A stretch of DNA of 42,955 nt from Octopus bimaculoides (lineage: Eukaryota): positions 23,527,860 through 23,570,814 of the forward strand of contig NC_068993.1 of the NCBI RefSeq assembly GCF_001194135.2, written 5' to 3'. The first letter of the stretch is position 1. Each line of letters opens with the position of its first letter. Below, one piece after another: positions 13,411 through 26,441 of this stretch. A program made the translations under genes and the position numbers. A model generated the notes under the pieces. The model was not told the DNA's origin. It did no database searches and saw only the letters and a list, made by a program, of their open reading frames with translations.

Positions 13411-14966
13411 ACTTCCACAGACTTTGGAAATGTTTTTGTAACCCGTCTTCTTGCGCACTAAGTTCGGTCATTCTGAATCATATTAGCGCACTAACCAATT
13501 TACTAATGATATAATGATACGTGTCAGTGACCGCAGTTGCTAGCCTCCCACTGCATGATTTTACTTAAATAGCATTTCGTAAACATTTTGACATATTTGT
13601 GCACATTACTCTTGTCAATGATGTCATTTCCCTTAAAATTTGTGGCTCTTAGTTTCTGTCGAACAACCCGACCCGTAGTTAGTCAAGAACTCAATGACAC
13701 CACATAATTTTTAACTGGCAATCATTATTTCACTGCAATAAAGAAGAACAGAGATAAAATATGCAAACAGATGACTCTAACAACAGATGCAAACTAATGG
13801 CGTATGTAAGCTTCTTCAAAAATTGCTCACACTTTTGCATTATTTACAGTGAATCCTTTGTGTAAACCTATTCTATTCTTACTTTCCATATCGAATTAGT
13901 CTGACTAACTACACTGAGGATAAAATACCATGATTTATTTTCAAAAGATCTAGATTCTAGTCTACAATCCTAATACAAGTTCCATAGTTAGTTCAGCCAT
14001 ATCTTTAGTAATGTGTGATAGGATTTAGTTAGAATGCAGCCTGTTTTCGATGGAATTTTAAAGGTTTTCGCTGTCAATTGCTTTGTGTAATTCGAGTAAT
14101 ATTTATTCTTGAATCTTGCTTAGATAAAATACACTTTTTTATGGATAAGGCACGAATCTCTATCTGGTGAGGTTGTTTGCTGTAATGTAAGTTAAATTAC
14201 TAGTCGTACTGAATTGTCATGAAATTTCGATGTACTTGTATGATTTTTGCTTTGATGCATCCTGTTCCGTAACCAATCCGGATTGCAGATCATGTTCTTT
14301 TGTGTAGGATTCGTTTTACTTCCTGATTTTTTACTCGCCTTTTAAGATTTGAAACGATTATATATAGTACTCCTACTATACAGTGCTCCTGTTATATTGG
14401 ACGGATTATTTGTGTATGTGCTTTTAAAGAGGCACGAAGTCAATTTGTATTGTTCAGTGTGCCAGGTTACGTACCTTTTGGTGGTAATAGTAATTAATAA
14501 ATTGTTAGCAGCTGCTTTTCGCTATATTATATATTAAAATGCATGTTTCTTATGTTATCAGTTAAGATTCTGACAACTGGAAGACGGTGAAGACCGTGTG
14601 CCTAAAGCACGAATTAGTAATCGAAGGTTTTCCATTTGTTTGATAGATGGTTTTGCAAGTTGACATCATATTTTAATCTAGGTTGTTTATATATTTTATG
14701 CACTGAGCAAATCAGTGTAGTCGGGACACTCTTAGCTATCTTTGGTAAATGCACTCCCTGAAATTCATAAATCCTTTTGTTGGATAAATTACATTATTTC
14801 AGTCATCAGTCTTTATACAATGTGGTTGAGAAATTCATTGATGTGTTTTGGGAGAGAAAATATCCAACTGATTCAAATATATTAGCCATGAAATAATGAT
14901 TTTTCTGTTAATGTTTTCGAGAAAGCAGTGTGTATATATATATATTTATAGGTATGATATTGTTGG

Positions 14967-15001
<35 letters not shown>

Positions 15002-15920
15002 CCATACACACACACACACCTAAACACATACACACACATATACACCCATACACTTACGAGCGCACATATACACGCTCATACACACACACACAAACATATA
15101 TATATATATGTATTTACATCTTTAGAAATAATATATATNNNNNNNNNNNNNNNNNNNNNNNNNNNNNNNNNNNNNNNNNNNNNNNNNNNNNNNNNNNNNN
15201 NNNNNNNNNNNNNNNNNNNNNNNNNNNNNNNNNNNNNNNNNNNNNNNNNNNNNNNNNNNNNNNNNNNNNNNNNNNNNNNNNNNNNNNNNNNNNNNNNNNN
15301 NNNNNNNNNNNNNNNNNNNNNNNNNNNNNATATATATATATACATATGTATTTACATCTTTAGAAGTAATTTATATATATATATATATAATGAAAATATG
15401 GATTCCAATGCACTTCTATCTGATATAACTAATCTGTTGAACATACAGTTTTCTTCATTATAGCCTTAGAATTTAACTTTATGGCGTAGCATATATCGTG
15501 TTTAGTAATAAATTCCTCTTAACATATTAGCTACAGACAATATGACACATATTGAATTATTAACGGACATTCACATTCATTTAATTTTCGTCTGTTTTGC
15601 AATGAAGCAGTATGTTTCAGTCAATGATTGATTATCTATAGGTCATGGATAGTAACTCACAAATAACTATTTGCTACTTCAGCGAATATATGGTTGTACA
15701 TTAGCATTTTTAACGCACTGAATCTCAGTTTAATTATTCACACATGTTCTTGCGAATACACCGTGTGTTGATATGTTTCAAGAGACAGTATATAAGGTTA
15801 AATAAACTATTGAAGAAGAGTAACCTAATAGCTAAGTTTATTACATGTATGTTGTTTTTTAGCCGATGATACACAACTTTATGGCACGAGTTCGATCGTT
15901 AGAAGCAATATTCGCATAAT

Positions 15921-16063
15921 AGGTGTAGGCATAACTTTATGGTAAGAAGTTTTACTTCCAAACCATATGGTTCCGGGTTCAGTCCTATAGCGTGGCACCT
16001 TGTGCAAGTGTCTTCTACTAAAGCTGCGGAGCAACCAAAGCCTTGTGAGTGGATTTGGTAGAC
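15921..16063 (+). mobile_element. tRNA-derived SINE family 1, 5' half
   Basis: Head aggtgtaggc...tggtaagaag...ggttccgggttcagtcc (B-box-like) and body ccaaagccttgtgagtggatttggtagac match the reverse complement of the full copy at 31477-31876. Confidence 0.85.
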
Positions 16064-16097
<34 letters not shown>

Positions 16098-16404
16098 TGT
16101 GTGTGTGTATGTGTGTGTGTGTGTATGTGTGCGTGTATGTATATGTATATATATATATATATATATATTTATGCATATATATATTTATACATATATATAT
16201 ATATATATANNNNNNNNNNNNNNNNNNNNNNNNNNNNNNNNNNNNNNNNNNNNNNNNNNNNNNNNNNNNNNNNNNNNNNNNNNNNNNNNNNNNNNNNNNN
16301 NNNNNNNNNNNNNNNNNNNNNNNNNNNNNNNNNNNNNNNNNNNNNNNNNNNNNNNNNNNNNNNNNNNNNNNNNNNNNNNNNNNNNNNNNNNNNNNNNNNN
16401 NNNN

Positions 16405-16592
16405 AAATACAATGTTTATATACCAAAAAGATTTTATAACATTTTTCTAACATTTTTCTTACATTTTTCTGACATAATTTAAATATATACTTTAACCCAA
16501 AATACAATGTTTATATACCAAAAAGATTTTATAACATTTTTCTAACATTTTTCTTACATTTTTGTGACATAATTTAAATATATACTTTAACC
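16405..16592. repeat. Tandem duplication, 2 x 95 bp
   Basis: aaatacaatgtttatatacc...tatactttaacc starts at 16405 and again at 16500; one mismatch (tttctgac vs tttgtgac). Confidence 0.92.
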
Positions 16593-16746
16593 ATGTAACA
16601 CAAGCCTTCTGTAGTTTTTTCACTCTTATTATCGTTTATACATCCAACCACGTGCTTTCACATACCAACTTTCTCACACATATATATATATATATACATA
16701 TACATGTGTGTGTGTGTGTGTTTGTATCTGTCTCTTTCCCTGTTTG

Positions 16747-16943
16747 TGTCTGTGTTTGTCCTCCGCGTCCACCCGACCCCAACTGTTGAGGTATTTACGT
16801 TCCCGTAACTTATCGATTCGTAAAAGAGAGACCGATAAAATAAGTACCAGGCTTAAAGGAAAAAAATAAGGACTGGTGTCGATTCATTTGACTAAAATTC
16901 TGCATGACCGTAGTCTAATGACACCAACTGATAAAAGATAGAT
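16747..16943 (+). mobile_element. SINE family 1, 3' half
   Basis: gtctgtgtttgtcc...tacgttcccgtaactta...gagaccgataaaataagtaccaggctt...gcatgaccgtagtctaatgac followed by an A-rich tail; homologous to the 31477-31680 region. Confidence 0.8.
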
Positions 16944-19900
16944 GCATAAACATTTAAATAAAGCCCATTTATATTTTCGTACTAATAAGATATTTCTGTG
17001 TGTTTTAGCACTAACATTAATTATGAAATATTTACTCAGACTTGACTAGGTTATGTGACTATAAATGTTGAGAAAACTGTTGCAGTAAATGTCTCATTGA
17101 ACAAATATCCTGAGCAGAGATTACAACACTGAAACTTTTTTCTAGTATTTAACTTATTTTAAGAATAAGCATTTATTGAAAAATCAAATCAGTTAGCAAT
17201 AGATGTAAGGAAATCGTTTTTAAATCATTGCACACACAGTCTATAACGAACCCATATCTCGGCTGTAGTTTAAAGAACATAAAAAGAAAATTATTCAGTA
17301 CATCACTATTTAATTAACTTTTTAATGCATAACGCTAGTAAATATGTTAATACATAAATAATTATTGTTTTTATGAAAATGGAGTCTCCCAGTAAATTAT
17401 TCTATAACATACGCTGCTTGTTATTACGAATTAGAGTAGAACATAATTACTTGTTGGCATTTTTTTTCTCTGTTCTGTCAAATACTCCTTGGAGACTTTT
17501 GATGACCAAAACTTATCTGGAGCTACTCGTACTTACCTTAATATTAAATATTATACTACTACCTAATTCATATTGTGCTCACATTCCTTATCGGGTAATT
17601 ATGTATTTAAGCAAACAAAGCGAAACGATTATTTCTCATGCAGGAGGTTTATTAGAGCTTTCTGTGAGTAATTTAAACAAAGTTAAAACAAAACTTTGAA
17701 TGAAATTATAAGAATTTAGTGAGGGATACTTTTCTGTTATATATCGTTGGGCTGGCCTCCCTTGTGTACAATTAGTGAATCGCTTATGCGATTTCAATAA
17801 ACTGGATATCCATCTTGGCATTTCATATTTGAATGAAATTCTATCAATAGTTCATGTCAAATTAATTCATTCAAATTCACTGAAATTGCACTACAGAGAG
17901 TTCAGTGATGTGCATACGGCAATATGTTTCTTCTGAATTATCTAGGGACATAATATATTTGAGTTACAATATATTATATCGAGCAGAATAATGCACTGAG
18001 ATATTTCAATATATTTGAAATAATTGTGTTTGAGTAAACTTCCACTAGCTTTGCACTTGCAGTCTTCATATAATAGGTTAATTACACGACTGAAATTGGT
18101 CCTCATTTCTTTCTACATAGCATATATAATGTGTTTACAAAATGTTGAGTTTGTGTGAAGTAAGCATGTGAATTTGCCATCCTATGTAGTAATGACAGGT
18201 GAATCACTGCTTATTGTGGTGAGACTGTCTAAAATTCATCAAATACACATGCATGTCAGCAATAACTACTATTGAACAAACCATGCTCATTAATAATAGA
18301 TAACAGGTAGTATTCATAAAGCATTTTATCACCTTTGGTGTTTTCTTACTTTAGCAAACAGTTGAAGTCTGACGTTAATTCTATTTCGGAGTTATTTGAT
18401 CTATAAAGAGTCTGAGAGACATGTGATTTGGGATTTATATAAGTACATGTATGTGCACATATCAATGTGTTGTAGCATATGTCATTGCGTATGTGAATCT
18501 ACATATTTTTTATGTGTCTCGACTTATATTGTGCCGATATGTGTTTATATGTACGTATTACATTATGAAATTTAGGAGTTCTTCATCAAATATAACATTA
18601 TTGCATTTTTGTGACTGTAATTTCCTAATAAGCTGTAACATTTTTAATATGTGATGCCCTTTTTCTCAAACATCTCAACCCAACTAATACTGTTTGTTGC
18701 ATACCCCCAATAATTATATATAGAAATCTCAAGTTTCAATTTAGTTTGAGTTGTCTTTTGCACAAGCCTTTAACAGTGTATCAACATATGGTGGGGAAAG
18801 AGAAGTTCAGTACTTTTTTACTATCCTAAATCATTTAAGCTATTCTGTTGTGATTGCACCTCATTCAACATTGGAAGGAACTTTCTACAAGTATTCTTTC
18901 TTAACATGAGTGATTATAATTTCATTATCACTGTAACATCTCATAATTGTATAATTGGGAATATTCTCTCCACTGGATGCATTGAAGAATGCTTTATTCA
19001 CAACATACCAAAAAGGCAGCGTTCAGAGTAAATGATGAATATCCTGCTATCGTTATTTTCGGGTTAATGTCACTTTGAAACTTTCATCATATGTTGGTAT
19101 CATATACCAAGGGATTTTCATACTATGATCTTTTGTGATAGATTTATACAACTTCTCTTGAAGTGTATCTATGTTGATGCTTCAGTGGTATGCTCATATA
19201 ACAACCTTCGGGGTTTTTTTAAGAACAACAGTGATCAGTCGTTTTGAATCGCTTGTTTAAAGAAAGTCATCATCATGGCACAAACGATGAACTCACAACA
19301 CGTTGATGAGCTAGTCCTGTGTGACCAAAGCAATGGTATATTCGTACATGTAATAATTTCAGTTATATGATTTTTCTTGTTCGTTGTCAAATATCTTGTA
19401 AATAAAAAGGTGTCTAAATATCACGTATATGAACATTATTTGATATTTATATTATTATAGATATTATCATTAATATTTCATGTTCTATATGAATTTCAAA
19501 ATTTGATATTAGCATTTTATAACATGTCTCTGTTTCTGTGGATATATATTTCTTTGCGCATATGTTTTTTTCACTCCCCCTTTTTGCTGTGTTCGCACAG
19601 TAATATGATTTACGAATCCATTAAAAAAAAAAACTACTGTTAATTTCAGTTTAGATATCGTGCTGTAATTAACGGAAGTTACCCGAAATTTCCAGACAAT
19701 AGCCACAATAAACTAATGAAATCTATATCATATCACAAATACAATAGAATTGCTCGGATTGGGGAACATTTGGTCAGTGAGCTACATCGATTCTTTCTTA
19801 AGTGAACTACATCTCACAAATAGAAATGTCTTACAGAGACACAGAACAAAATATCTGCAATGATTTTATGATATATTGAAATATTCGGCTGAAACATTAT

Positions 19901-20776
19901 ACTGCATGAATTAGGTGTACACCTATCTGGTATATTACCAAACTCTGAGTAGTAGTTTCTTGTGTAGTTCACTAAATCTAGAATCCTTGCAAAACCTACT
20001 ATAAGTTGCTCATATAATGTATATTGAACCGTAACATAACGGAAAGCTGTAAGACTAAACATGTTCTTCTTCGTTAATTCCGTCTTAATGTAAATTTACT
20101 GTAATTAAATGGTCTATATTACGAAAGAAAAGATCGCTTCTGCATAGTTTTAAAATACATCACTAATATAATGCTAGTCAGTTTAAAAATTCATTAGTCA
20201 CGTCACATATTAAAACCATTAGTCTTCAGTATATAGCGTTAGCCTCCATACTCGGCTAGACATTAGTGATACCTAACGTTGTCAAATTCAAATATATATT
20301 CTTTTTAAATTTGAAATTTTATTTTGGTTTTGAACGACCGTGACAAAACTTTTCTGTGCTAATGTGAAATTAAATAAACTCGCTAATAAATATTATATTA
20401 ACTCAGTGGAGTTACTATAATGTTTATGATGTTTATTACTATTAAAAATAATACTTTTGCAAATTCATAGAATAATTAATGCAAAAAATGATGTAATATA
20501 ATATATCATATTTTCCTAATTACAACAACAAACAATGAGACGCACTGAGGTTTGTTCATAGTTTCATACATGCACACATATCTCCATGAAGAATACAGAA
20601 GTAAAACTAATTACGCACAACAAGCTTCTGCTAGTATCTCCGTAACCTATTTCTTATGCTTTCGCTTGTTTCACGCAGTGAACTGCAGATAACATGTAGC
20701 ATAAACTTGACGGGTTTTACTCGATCATATTGCCTATGGTACTTACTTCAGCATAGTATTACTGTTACATTTCCCC

Positions 20777-20970
20777 TGGGTCGGCCATATCGCAGGATTG
20801 GCAGTCACCAGTTGGACCCGTGCAGTTGCCGAGTGATATCGAAGACATCGCAAAGGGGTAATTGGAAGGCTTTCATGATGACGGGATGACAATTTAGTGA
20901 AGTTATTAAGGTTAAGGTGGAAAAGAATGGCACAATAAAGACAGAAACGGGAGCACATGAATAGCGGTGT
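20777..20970 (+). mobile_element. RTE LINE C-terminal relic
   Basis: WVGHIAGLAVTSWTRAVAE*YRRHRKGVIGRLS**RDDNLVK resembles the RTE motif WAGH.AR...RWT..V.EW.PR..KR..GRP..RW.D. Confidence 0.6.
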
Positions 20971-22099
20971 ATAAAAGAATCTGATGGTCTAGTCGATAGT
21001 TTGATTATTTCATTAAAATGTATTTTCGATTGCCTTTGGATATGATTTTGACGGAACATCACGTAATACCTAGTAGAGTTTCCTCACACAAAATACATTC
21101 TTGATTATAATCTCTTAATATTACTTCGTTGAAATCATTTTATGTAACATATAAATGAAGTCACACAATTTAATAAATCTTTAATACAAATGAATATTTG
21201 AGGCAGAGTCGATGTTTTGATGATCCGCAAAATTCACACTGACAAGCATTACAAATACCACACTAAAATGTCTAGAGACTTCTAAATCTTAATAAAATCT
21301 GAGTCATGGAACAGGTGTTATTCACTATAGTTCCTTTATCAGGATTTCAGAAGTTAGCACGCATCAGTGCAAACACTACAATGTGTATTCATTGAAAGAA
21401 ATTGTAAAAACAAGAAACAGGCAATCAATTTTTGTAATTATATTTTTTTCTATATTTGTACGTATGTATAACTGTGGGTGCGTGTATAGTTTCATGTGCC
21501 TAAATATAAGCATAATACTTGCATATCTGAGTTCATATATATATATATACTAAATGTGTGTGTGTGTATATGAAAATATTAGTTTGTTAAGGTTATTTCT
21601 ACACATATTCTAGAGAAATTATAGCTAACACTGATTTTTTTTTCTTGCTACGACGCTTCGTATCGAGACGTGAAATGCAAACAAACAATGAGATAGAATA
21701 TAAAAATGGGTAATGAGTATATATGTCATATTTCGTGAGGGTTTTGCCTCTTTATCAGGACCCACCTAATCTATTCTCACCTCCGGATACATTGGTTATA
21801 TAGCCACCGTATACAGTGGTGTGAAATTATTGGATATACCAATGCACATCTTAAACGCATTCATGGAGCTAGTATGTAAACATCAATGAGTTGTAGATAC
21901 GTGGTATTTTGTTATGCATCCATACTTTACTATAAAGTATATTAAATCTTTTGATAAGTCAACATTACTTTCTACTGCCTTAGCAGATGATTTTTACTTT
22001 ATTTTGTTAAGGATATAAGGTTATTTCTACAGATATTCTATACAAATTATAGTCACCACTGATTTCTTGCTACAGCGATTCTTTACATCTGGTATCTCG

Positions 22100-23305
22100 A
22101 TACGAAAGTACTCCATCTTGAATTGCCCTGTTATTTCTTACTCCATCAATGTATCCATTTCCAATATCCCCAAATACTTATAGCCCGTCTATTATCTCTG
22201 CTTCATAACCTCGCTCGACGGTATCTCTAGGCTGTCCATACATTTGATTTTGCCTCACTTCAAGACTAACACACCACGCTTTTCAGTCCGAACTCCATTC
22301 TGATATCAGCACTGAAAGCATACACAGTACCAACGAGGGAAATGGTGTGGGATTCATCATTACTGTAAAGTTTGAGTCCATCCATAAATAACAAATGGTT
22401 GACTTGTTGTTGGGGGTTCTTTAATACATACCCAGCTTTTGCTTCCTAAGAATCAGTGTTAGTGACATCATGCACAGTACAAAGATTAGTGGGGACCGGC
22501 AGTCCCCTTGGAAGATGATTCTGCTGAATTCTGTTGTCCCTAAGCTTCTACTTATATGCTGTCAGTTCCGTTCTCCAATTCGCCATACTTTCTCCAAGCA
22601 ATCGTCCAATATTCGATGCAATACCAAATAGAATCATACATTCCGTAATCCAAAAATGTGGGATCATATCGTATGCCTTACGATAATCGATCCATGACAT
22701 AGCTAAGTTAGTTTACCTCCACTAGCAGTATCTAATTACAGTTTTGTCTAACTGGAGTTGATCCGTGGCACCGCTGCATTTATGTTTGCAACCCTTCTGC
22801 TCATGCTGCAGGACTCCATTTTTTTCACATGTTCGTACATTGACACACGTCTTTTGAGAGCTTCGAGCACTACTTCTGTGAACAAACGATTATTTCTTAT
22901 TGCTATAGCTTAATCACGTAATCACTGTTCCGTGACTTGAAACAATCCTCTTTCTATCTATTGATCATACATACGTTGACGGTATCCCCTAATATGAGCA
23001 CCATCTTCATCTAAAGGGTTGCTCAGGTAGTAACACTCCATGACCACAGCAGTGAATTGTTTGTTCCATCTAAGCCGTGTGTGCTGATCCATTGCTGGAT
23101 AGCGACAGGCTGGAGCCGTACCAGTATCTCTGAGACTGCCGGGGGCAACACCGTCATCACTTAGGACTTCAGTTTCATTACCACTGTTATTCACTATGTT
23201 TTGTTTTTTCATTGTTACTTATGTGAGGTAGCATTATCAGGTTGCGCAACTACCAGTGTTTTTATTGTGACACCATCACAAGATGTATCCAACCGTTTCG
23301 TTTCC
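22100..23305 (-). mobile_element. R4/Dong-clade non-LTR retrotransposon, internally deleted and 3'-truncated
   Basis: N-terminal RWNKQFTAVVMECYYLSNPLDEDGAHIRGYRQRM is joined to RT motifs EQKGC...TDQL.LDK, NLAMSWIDYRKAYDMIPHFWI, FSADIRMEFG and GYKYLGILE...EYFR. Many stops and frameshifts. Confidence 0.85.
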
Positions 23306-23899
23306 TTATTATTATTATTATCATCACTGATATTATTATTTTCATTTTTTACTATTTGTCATTGTTAATATATCCTCTGAACCGAAATGAGCTTTGGTTA
23401 ATTGCCATTGATTATTTCGTGTTAGTAGTAGGCTCCGGGTCTTATCTATTACCGAGACAGTTTCATAGAACACCTCTTCTATACTTATAATCACAGAAAT
23501 GTAGTCAAAGAAGACAAAGAAACAAACAAAAGCTAATATACACCCGTATTTTTCCGTGGTGGGGTATATATTTGTTTAATGCCGTGTGAGGTATGGGTCC
23601 TTATTGATTACAAAATATGCATTANNNNNNNNNNNNNNNNNNNNNNNNNNNNNNNNNNNNNNNNNNNNNNNNNNNNNNNNNNNNNNNNNNNNNNNNNNNN
23701 NNNNNNNNNNNNNNNNNNNNNNNNNNNNNNNNNNNNNNNNNNNNNNNNNNNNNNNNNNNCTTATATATATATAACCCACCACGGCATTGTTATTGTTATT
23801 ATTATTAGACCGAGTGCAGATATGAGTAGCATATGGGAAACGGTATTAAGGAAGGATATTAGATTTATTAGCCCCAAACTTCACTCCATAATTGCACAC

Positions 23900-23972
23900 G
23901 GGCATATGGCATAGTGGTTAAGAGTACGAGCTACTAACCCCAAGATTCCGAGTTCGATTCCAAGTAGTGACC
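23900..23972 (+). pseudogene. tRNA-derived (Arg-like) Pol III module within the PLE
   Basis: A-box TGGCATAGTGG (23907-23917), B-box GAGTTCGATTCC (23950-23961), anticodon loop CT-ACT-AA and variable loop AGATT as in tRNA-Arg(ACG). Stems are imperfect. Confidence 0.7.
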
Positions 23973-24057
23973 TGAATAATAATAATAATAATAATAATAG
24001 TAATAATTACATCGAAAAATACCTTAGGAATGAGAACCCAGGTTCGAAATTTCCCAA

Positions 24058-24103
24058 GACACATGATGAAGGCTGGAGGGTGTATCAGACGAAACTTTGT
24101 GTT
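24058..24103 (+). ncRNA. Minimal type I hammerhead ribozyme, copy C (closest to an intact core)
   Basis: gacac-aTGATGAa-ggctg/gagggtgtat/cagac-GAAAC-ttt-gtgtt. C3 is mutated to A; helix I gacac:gtgtt can pair. Confidence 0.6.
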
Positions 24104-26225
24104 AACAACAAACAAGATGAGGACACATATCCGCCAAAAAACTGAATGCTAAAGTATTTCACTGCAATAAAATAATGAGCAAGAGAATGTCTACAGGTAG
24201 AAGTCAACAGGTCAAAACTAGTTTAGAAGAACCAACACAGATGCAAAATCTATTCAGTTTCTTGAAACTAGACTGTAAAGCTTTCGAAAACTCTAGTAAA
24301 AATTTAGAAAGCTTATTTTTTTTAAAGTAGCTGCAAATTATAATAATAAGAATGTACGAGAAACCAAAGTGAAAGCGAATGAGCACAGCCGAGTACCTAA
24401 TGAAACATATAAAACAGTTTAGCTGTTTTCCATATACACACAATCGTCGTTCTCGCTGCACAGATTCTATAACTCTCTGCACAGAGGACATGAAGCGCTG
24501 CACAGATACTATAATTGTGCATCTGGTAAAGTGATATATAATATATTTTAAAATATTTTCGTGAGTAATGGGTTATCGATACTGTGCAGTAAAACATCTT
24601 ACAGTCGACCGCATAGGATTAAGGAAAATTCTTGCCCACTTGACACATTTAAGATGTTAAAACCAACATGAGAATTTAGTCTAAATAAGTAGGTGCCATA
24701 ACAATCAACGTTCATCTGTAAAGAGACGTGGGTGTAATTAGGAGGTAATTTGCCTTCGAGCGACAATTGATTTTATGTATTCGTTTTTATATTTCTTGTA
24801 ACCCGCCTGAGCTGTAAGAGCACAAACTTATGATATTTTCGGTTACTTATGTATGTGTATCAGTTCCTTGTGTATTTTTTTTTGTATATAGTGTTGCTGG
24901 TTGGTGTTAATTTGTCTGAAACATAAGCAATAGAAAATTAGTATGCCAACACTTATCAGTCTCCAGATATAAATGCCATTGTACTAATTAAATGGTTTTG
25001 GTAATGTAACGATGTGTCACACTTTCAGTTCTACATGTGGACTGTCAACAAGACTTTGATAGACTTGTGTTATTAGGCGCACTATGTACACTTGAATAGC
25101 AGATGTATTCGGACACAAACGAACACACGTTTGTACATAAGTAACACATCCACACACATTTCAACGGTTATTGTTAAATAAATCGTATCAGAAAAGTGGG
25201 GAAAAGGGCTTCGGTTTACGTATGGAGATGCAATACGTAATCGCTTTTAGTGAAATCCAGCTCATTACGTGCAACCCCTTGCCAAACTACCGCAGTTTGA
25301 CAAGAAATAAATGTTTTACTTGTTCTGTAGTGAAATATGTGAGCATATACTTTTGCAAATATGTAAATATGTTTGAGTTGGTTTGCACATTTAAGATGAA
25401 ATGTGTTTACTTGGATAAAATACGTCTACGACTGGAATGTGTGATGTTACAATTGGTGGCTTTATCATTAACAGTCCCTGTGTGTAGAGAGATTTGATAT
25501 AGCAGAAGTAAAATTAAATGGTTATAAAAATGCAAAACGGAAGAAAAGGAAATTATATGTGATAATGGAAAACATTAAAAGGAAAAGGAATCTCTTGAGA
25601 TACATACACTCCATACTTGTCCAAATTGCAAGTAACCAGTTCCTGAATAACATATTAAGCTCCATCTCATACTACATGAGTATGTCAGAAGGAGAAAGGA
25701 GATCCGTAAAATGATACCGCAATATAAGGTCCATTTTCCCAGAAAAATTCGCTTGAAGACTGTTGTTAAAAGATAAACATAAAAGAAAATCAAATATAGA
25801 GAAGTAAAATGTAGAGCGGCAACGATAAAGAGATAAGTGTTCCAGAATCTTTATGCACCTACCAAAGGGAAAACGTCATACAGGTAGAAAGAACTGCATT
25901 GATTCACATTAATAACTGCTACAGTTTGAAAACAAAGGTGTTCTAATGCCAGCAATAACTTTGTCATGAAGCAATTACTTTATTTCCTACGCATGAAATT
26001 TTAAGAATCAGATGCCAAAAGAATTGGAAATTTAATAGTCGATCTTCTAATGGTTCAAGTAATTCGGAAAAGGCGAGAAAGTGACAAAGAGCATTTCAAA
26101 AGATATATATATNNNNNNNNNNNNNNNNNNNNNNNNNNNNNNNNNNNNNNNNNNNNNNNNNNNNNNNNNNNNNNNNNNNNNNNNNNNNNNNNNNNNNNNN
26201 NNNNNNNNNNNNNNNNNNNNNNNNN

Positions 26226-26441
26226 TTATTTTCTATTCTACGCAAAAGGCCCGACATTTTTGGGAAGGGGAACAGTCTATTGGATCGATCCCAGTACGCA
26301 ACTGGTACTTAATTCATCGACCCCGAAAGGATGAAAGGCAAAGTCGACCTCGGCAGAATTTGAGCTCTGAACTTAAAGACATATGAAATACCGCTAAGCA
26401 TTTCGCCCGGCGTGCTAACGTTTCTGCCAGATCACCGCCTT
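26226..26441 (-). mobile_element. tRNA-derived SINE family 2
   Basis: Reverse complement: aaggcggtgatcTGGCAGAAACGttagcacgccgggcgaaatgcttagcgg...GAGCTCAAATTC (A- and B-box-like)...gcctttcatcctttcggggtcgatgaattaagtaccag, then an A-rich end. I recall this as an abundant octopus SINE; the central part is reminiscent of the Meta/MESC domain (unverified). Confidence 0.8.

Larger units (their letters stand above)
23807..24135 (+). mobile_element. Penelope-like element 3' fragment, copy C (ORF end + tRNA-like module + TAA + hammerhead)
   Basis: RPSADMSSIWETVLRKD matches the ORF end at about 33803-33850, followed by the same downstream modules as 33900-34118. Confidence 0.85.

Noticed and set aside
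15100-15390. About 35-bp repeat (tatgtatttacatctttagaa.taat) on both sides of the 15139-15329 gap
   Set aside because: Most likely overlapping contig ends or haplotypes at a gap.
18855-19060. Minus-strand frame containing SFTLNAAFWYVV, resembling an ion-channel pore-adjacent helix
   Set aside because: Lacks the following GALMQQG or TTVGYG signature and lacks splice support; probably chance.
23554-23784. 18-bp inverted repeat ccgtggtggg(g/t)tatatat spanning the 23625-23759 gap
   Set aside because: Could be a small MITE, but the interior is mostly N and part of the match is TA repeat.
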